Part shown: positions 59,034 to 59,059 of the stretch, piece by piece | How positions within the stretch are numbered: position 1 is the stretch's first letter | Layout: every line of letters begins with the position of its first letter | From: an uncultured Weeksellaceae bacterium | Lineage (GTDB): Bacteria > Bacteroidota > Bacteroidia > Flavobacteriales > BACL11 | Length of the DNA stretch: 59,059 nt | Direction of reading: 5' to 3' | NCBI GenBank assembly: GCA_964397025.1 | Contig: CAYNGO010000004.1 | Span: 1-59,059 of the forward strand | Notes under the pieces: generated by a model | Seen by the model: the letters and a program-made list of their open reading frames with translations, nothing else | Told to the model about the DNA's origin: nothing | The model's database searches: none | Translations under genes and position numbers: made by a program

Positions 59034-59059
59034 TTATTTTGTTTTACTATCTTCTTCAG
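59034..59059 (-). CDS. 3' end of an upstream gene, possibly rpsP (S16). Only 8 codons are visible (...EEDSKTK*).
   Basis: An open frame runs in from the window edge to TAA at 59034-59036. The rpsP assignment rests only on the common rpsP-rimM synteny. Confidence 0.3.

Noticed and set aside
1-59059. Search for CRISPR arrays, IS elements, integrases, phage genes, TA pairs, defence operons, riboswitch-sized leaders or other ncRNA genes
   Set aside because: Only a few non-coding gaps exceed about 100 bp: 7168-7382, 35382-35511 and the tRNA-bearing 43391-43567 (the apparent gap at 29527-29842 is treated as nhaC coding sequence). None shows direct repeats, inverted terminal repeats or G-rich structured-RNA character. 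Every long ORF has a recognisable housekeeping or envelope function or a DUF assignment. I therefore do not claim a novel system.

Overview
This is a visibly AT-rich, very tightly packed chromosomal segment. It most likely comes from a streamlined, probably marine member of Bacteroidota/Flavobacteriia. Four things support that placement: the conserved dnaA / LMW-PTP / tetrapyrrole-methylase neighbourhood, an rpmB..rpmG-DUF4295-ftsY cluster, a T9SS C-terminal sorting domain, and repeated TAnnTTTG '-7' promoter motifs. Almost every base is coding. I call about 55 protein genes, one tRNA-His(GTG), five clear hairpin terminators and a set of promoter motifs. Content is mostly housekeeping: dnaA, uvrB, ftsY, ffh, folD, hisS, rimM, rsmE, rpmB, rpmG, glmM, pckA and aroE. 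There are also peptide-scavenging genes (M1 peptidase, DPP-IV, POT transporter), envelope genes (wza-wzc, a DUF368/PopT-like gene, fused ccsBA, copA) and a few DUF proteins. I see no CRISPR array, transposase, integrase, phage gene, toxin-antitoxin pair or recognisable defence operon. I cannot honestly nominate a novel multi-gene system here. The observations most worth a second look are: (1) an NhaC antiporter whose conserved first ~100 codons lie in an open frame with no ATG/GTG/TTG, implying an AUU start or a lesion; (2) a recurrent TAnnTTTG-N4-start geometry suggesting several leaderless mRNAs; (3) a perfect (TATGGA)x8 in-frame microsatellite encoding the (Tyr-Gly)n tail of the Wzc tyrosine autokinase; (4) a paralogous lipoprotein pair plus M1 peptidase inserted into the rpmB-rpmG cluster; (5) a split, order-swapped 5'-nucleotidase whose halves carry different export signals; (6) a single-chain MutA-like/MutB methylmalonyl-CoA mutase; and (7) six of nine convergent gene pairs overlapping at their stop codons. 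All product calls rest on my reading of motifs in the supplied translations. No database search was possible.
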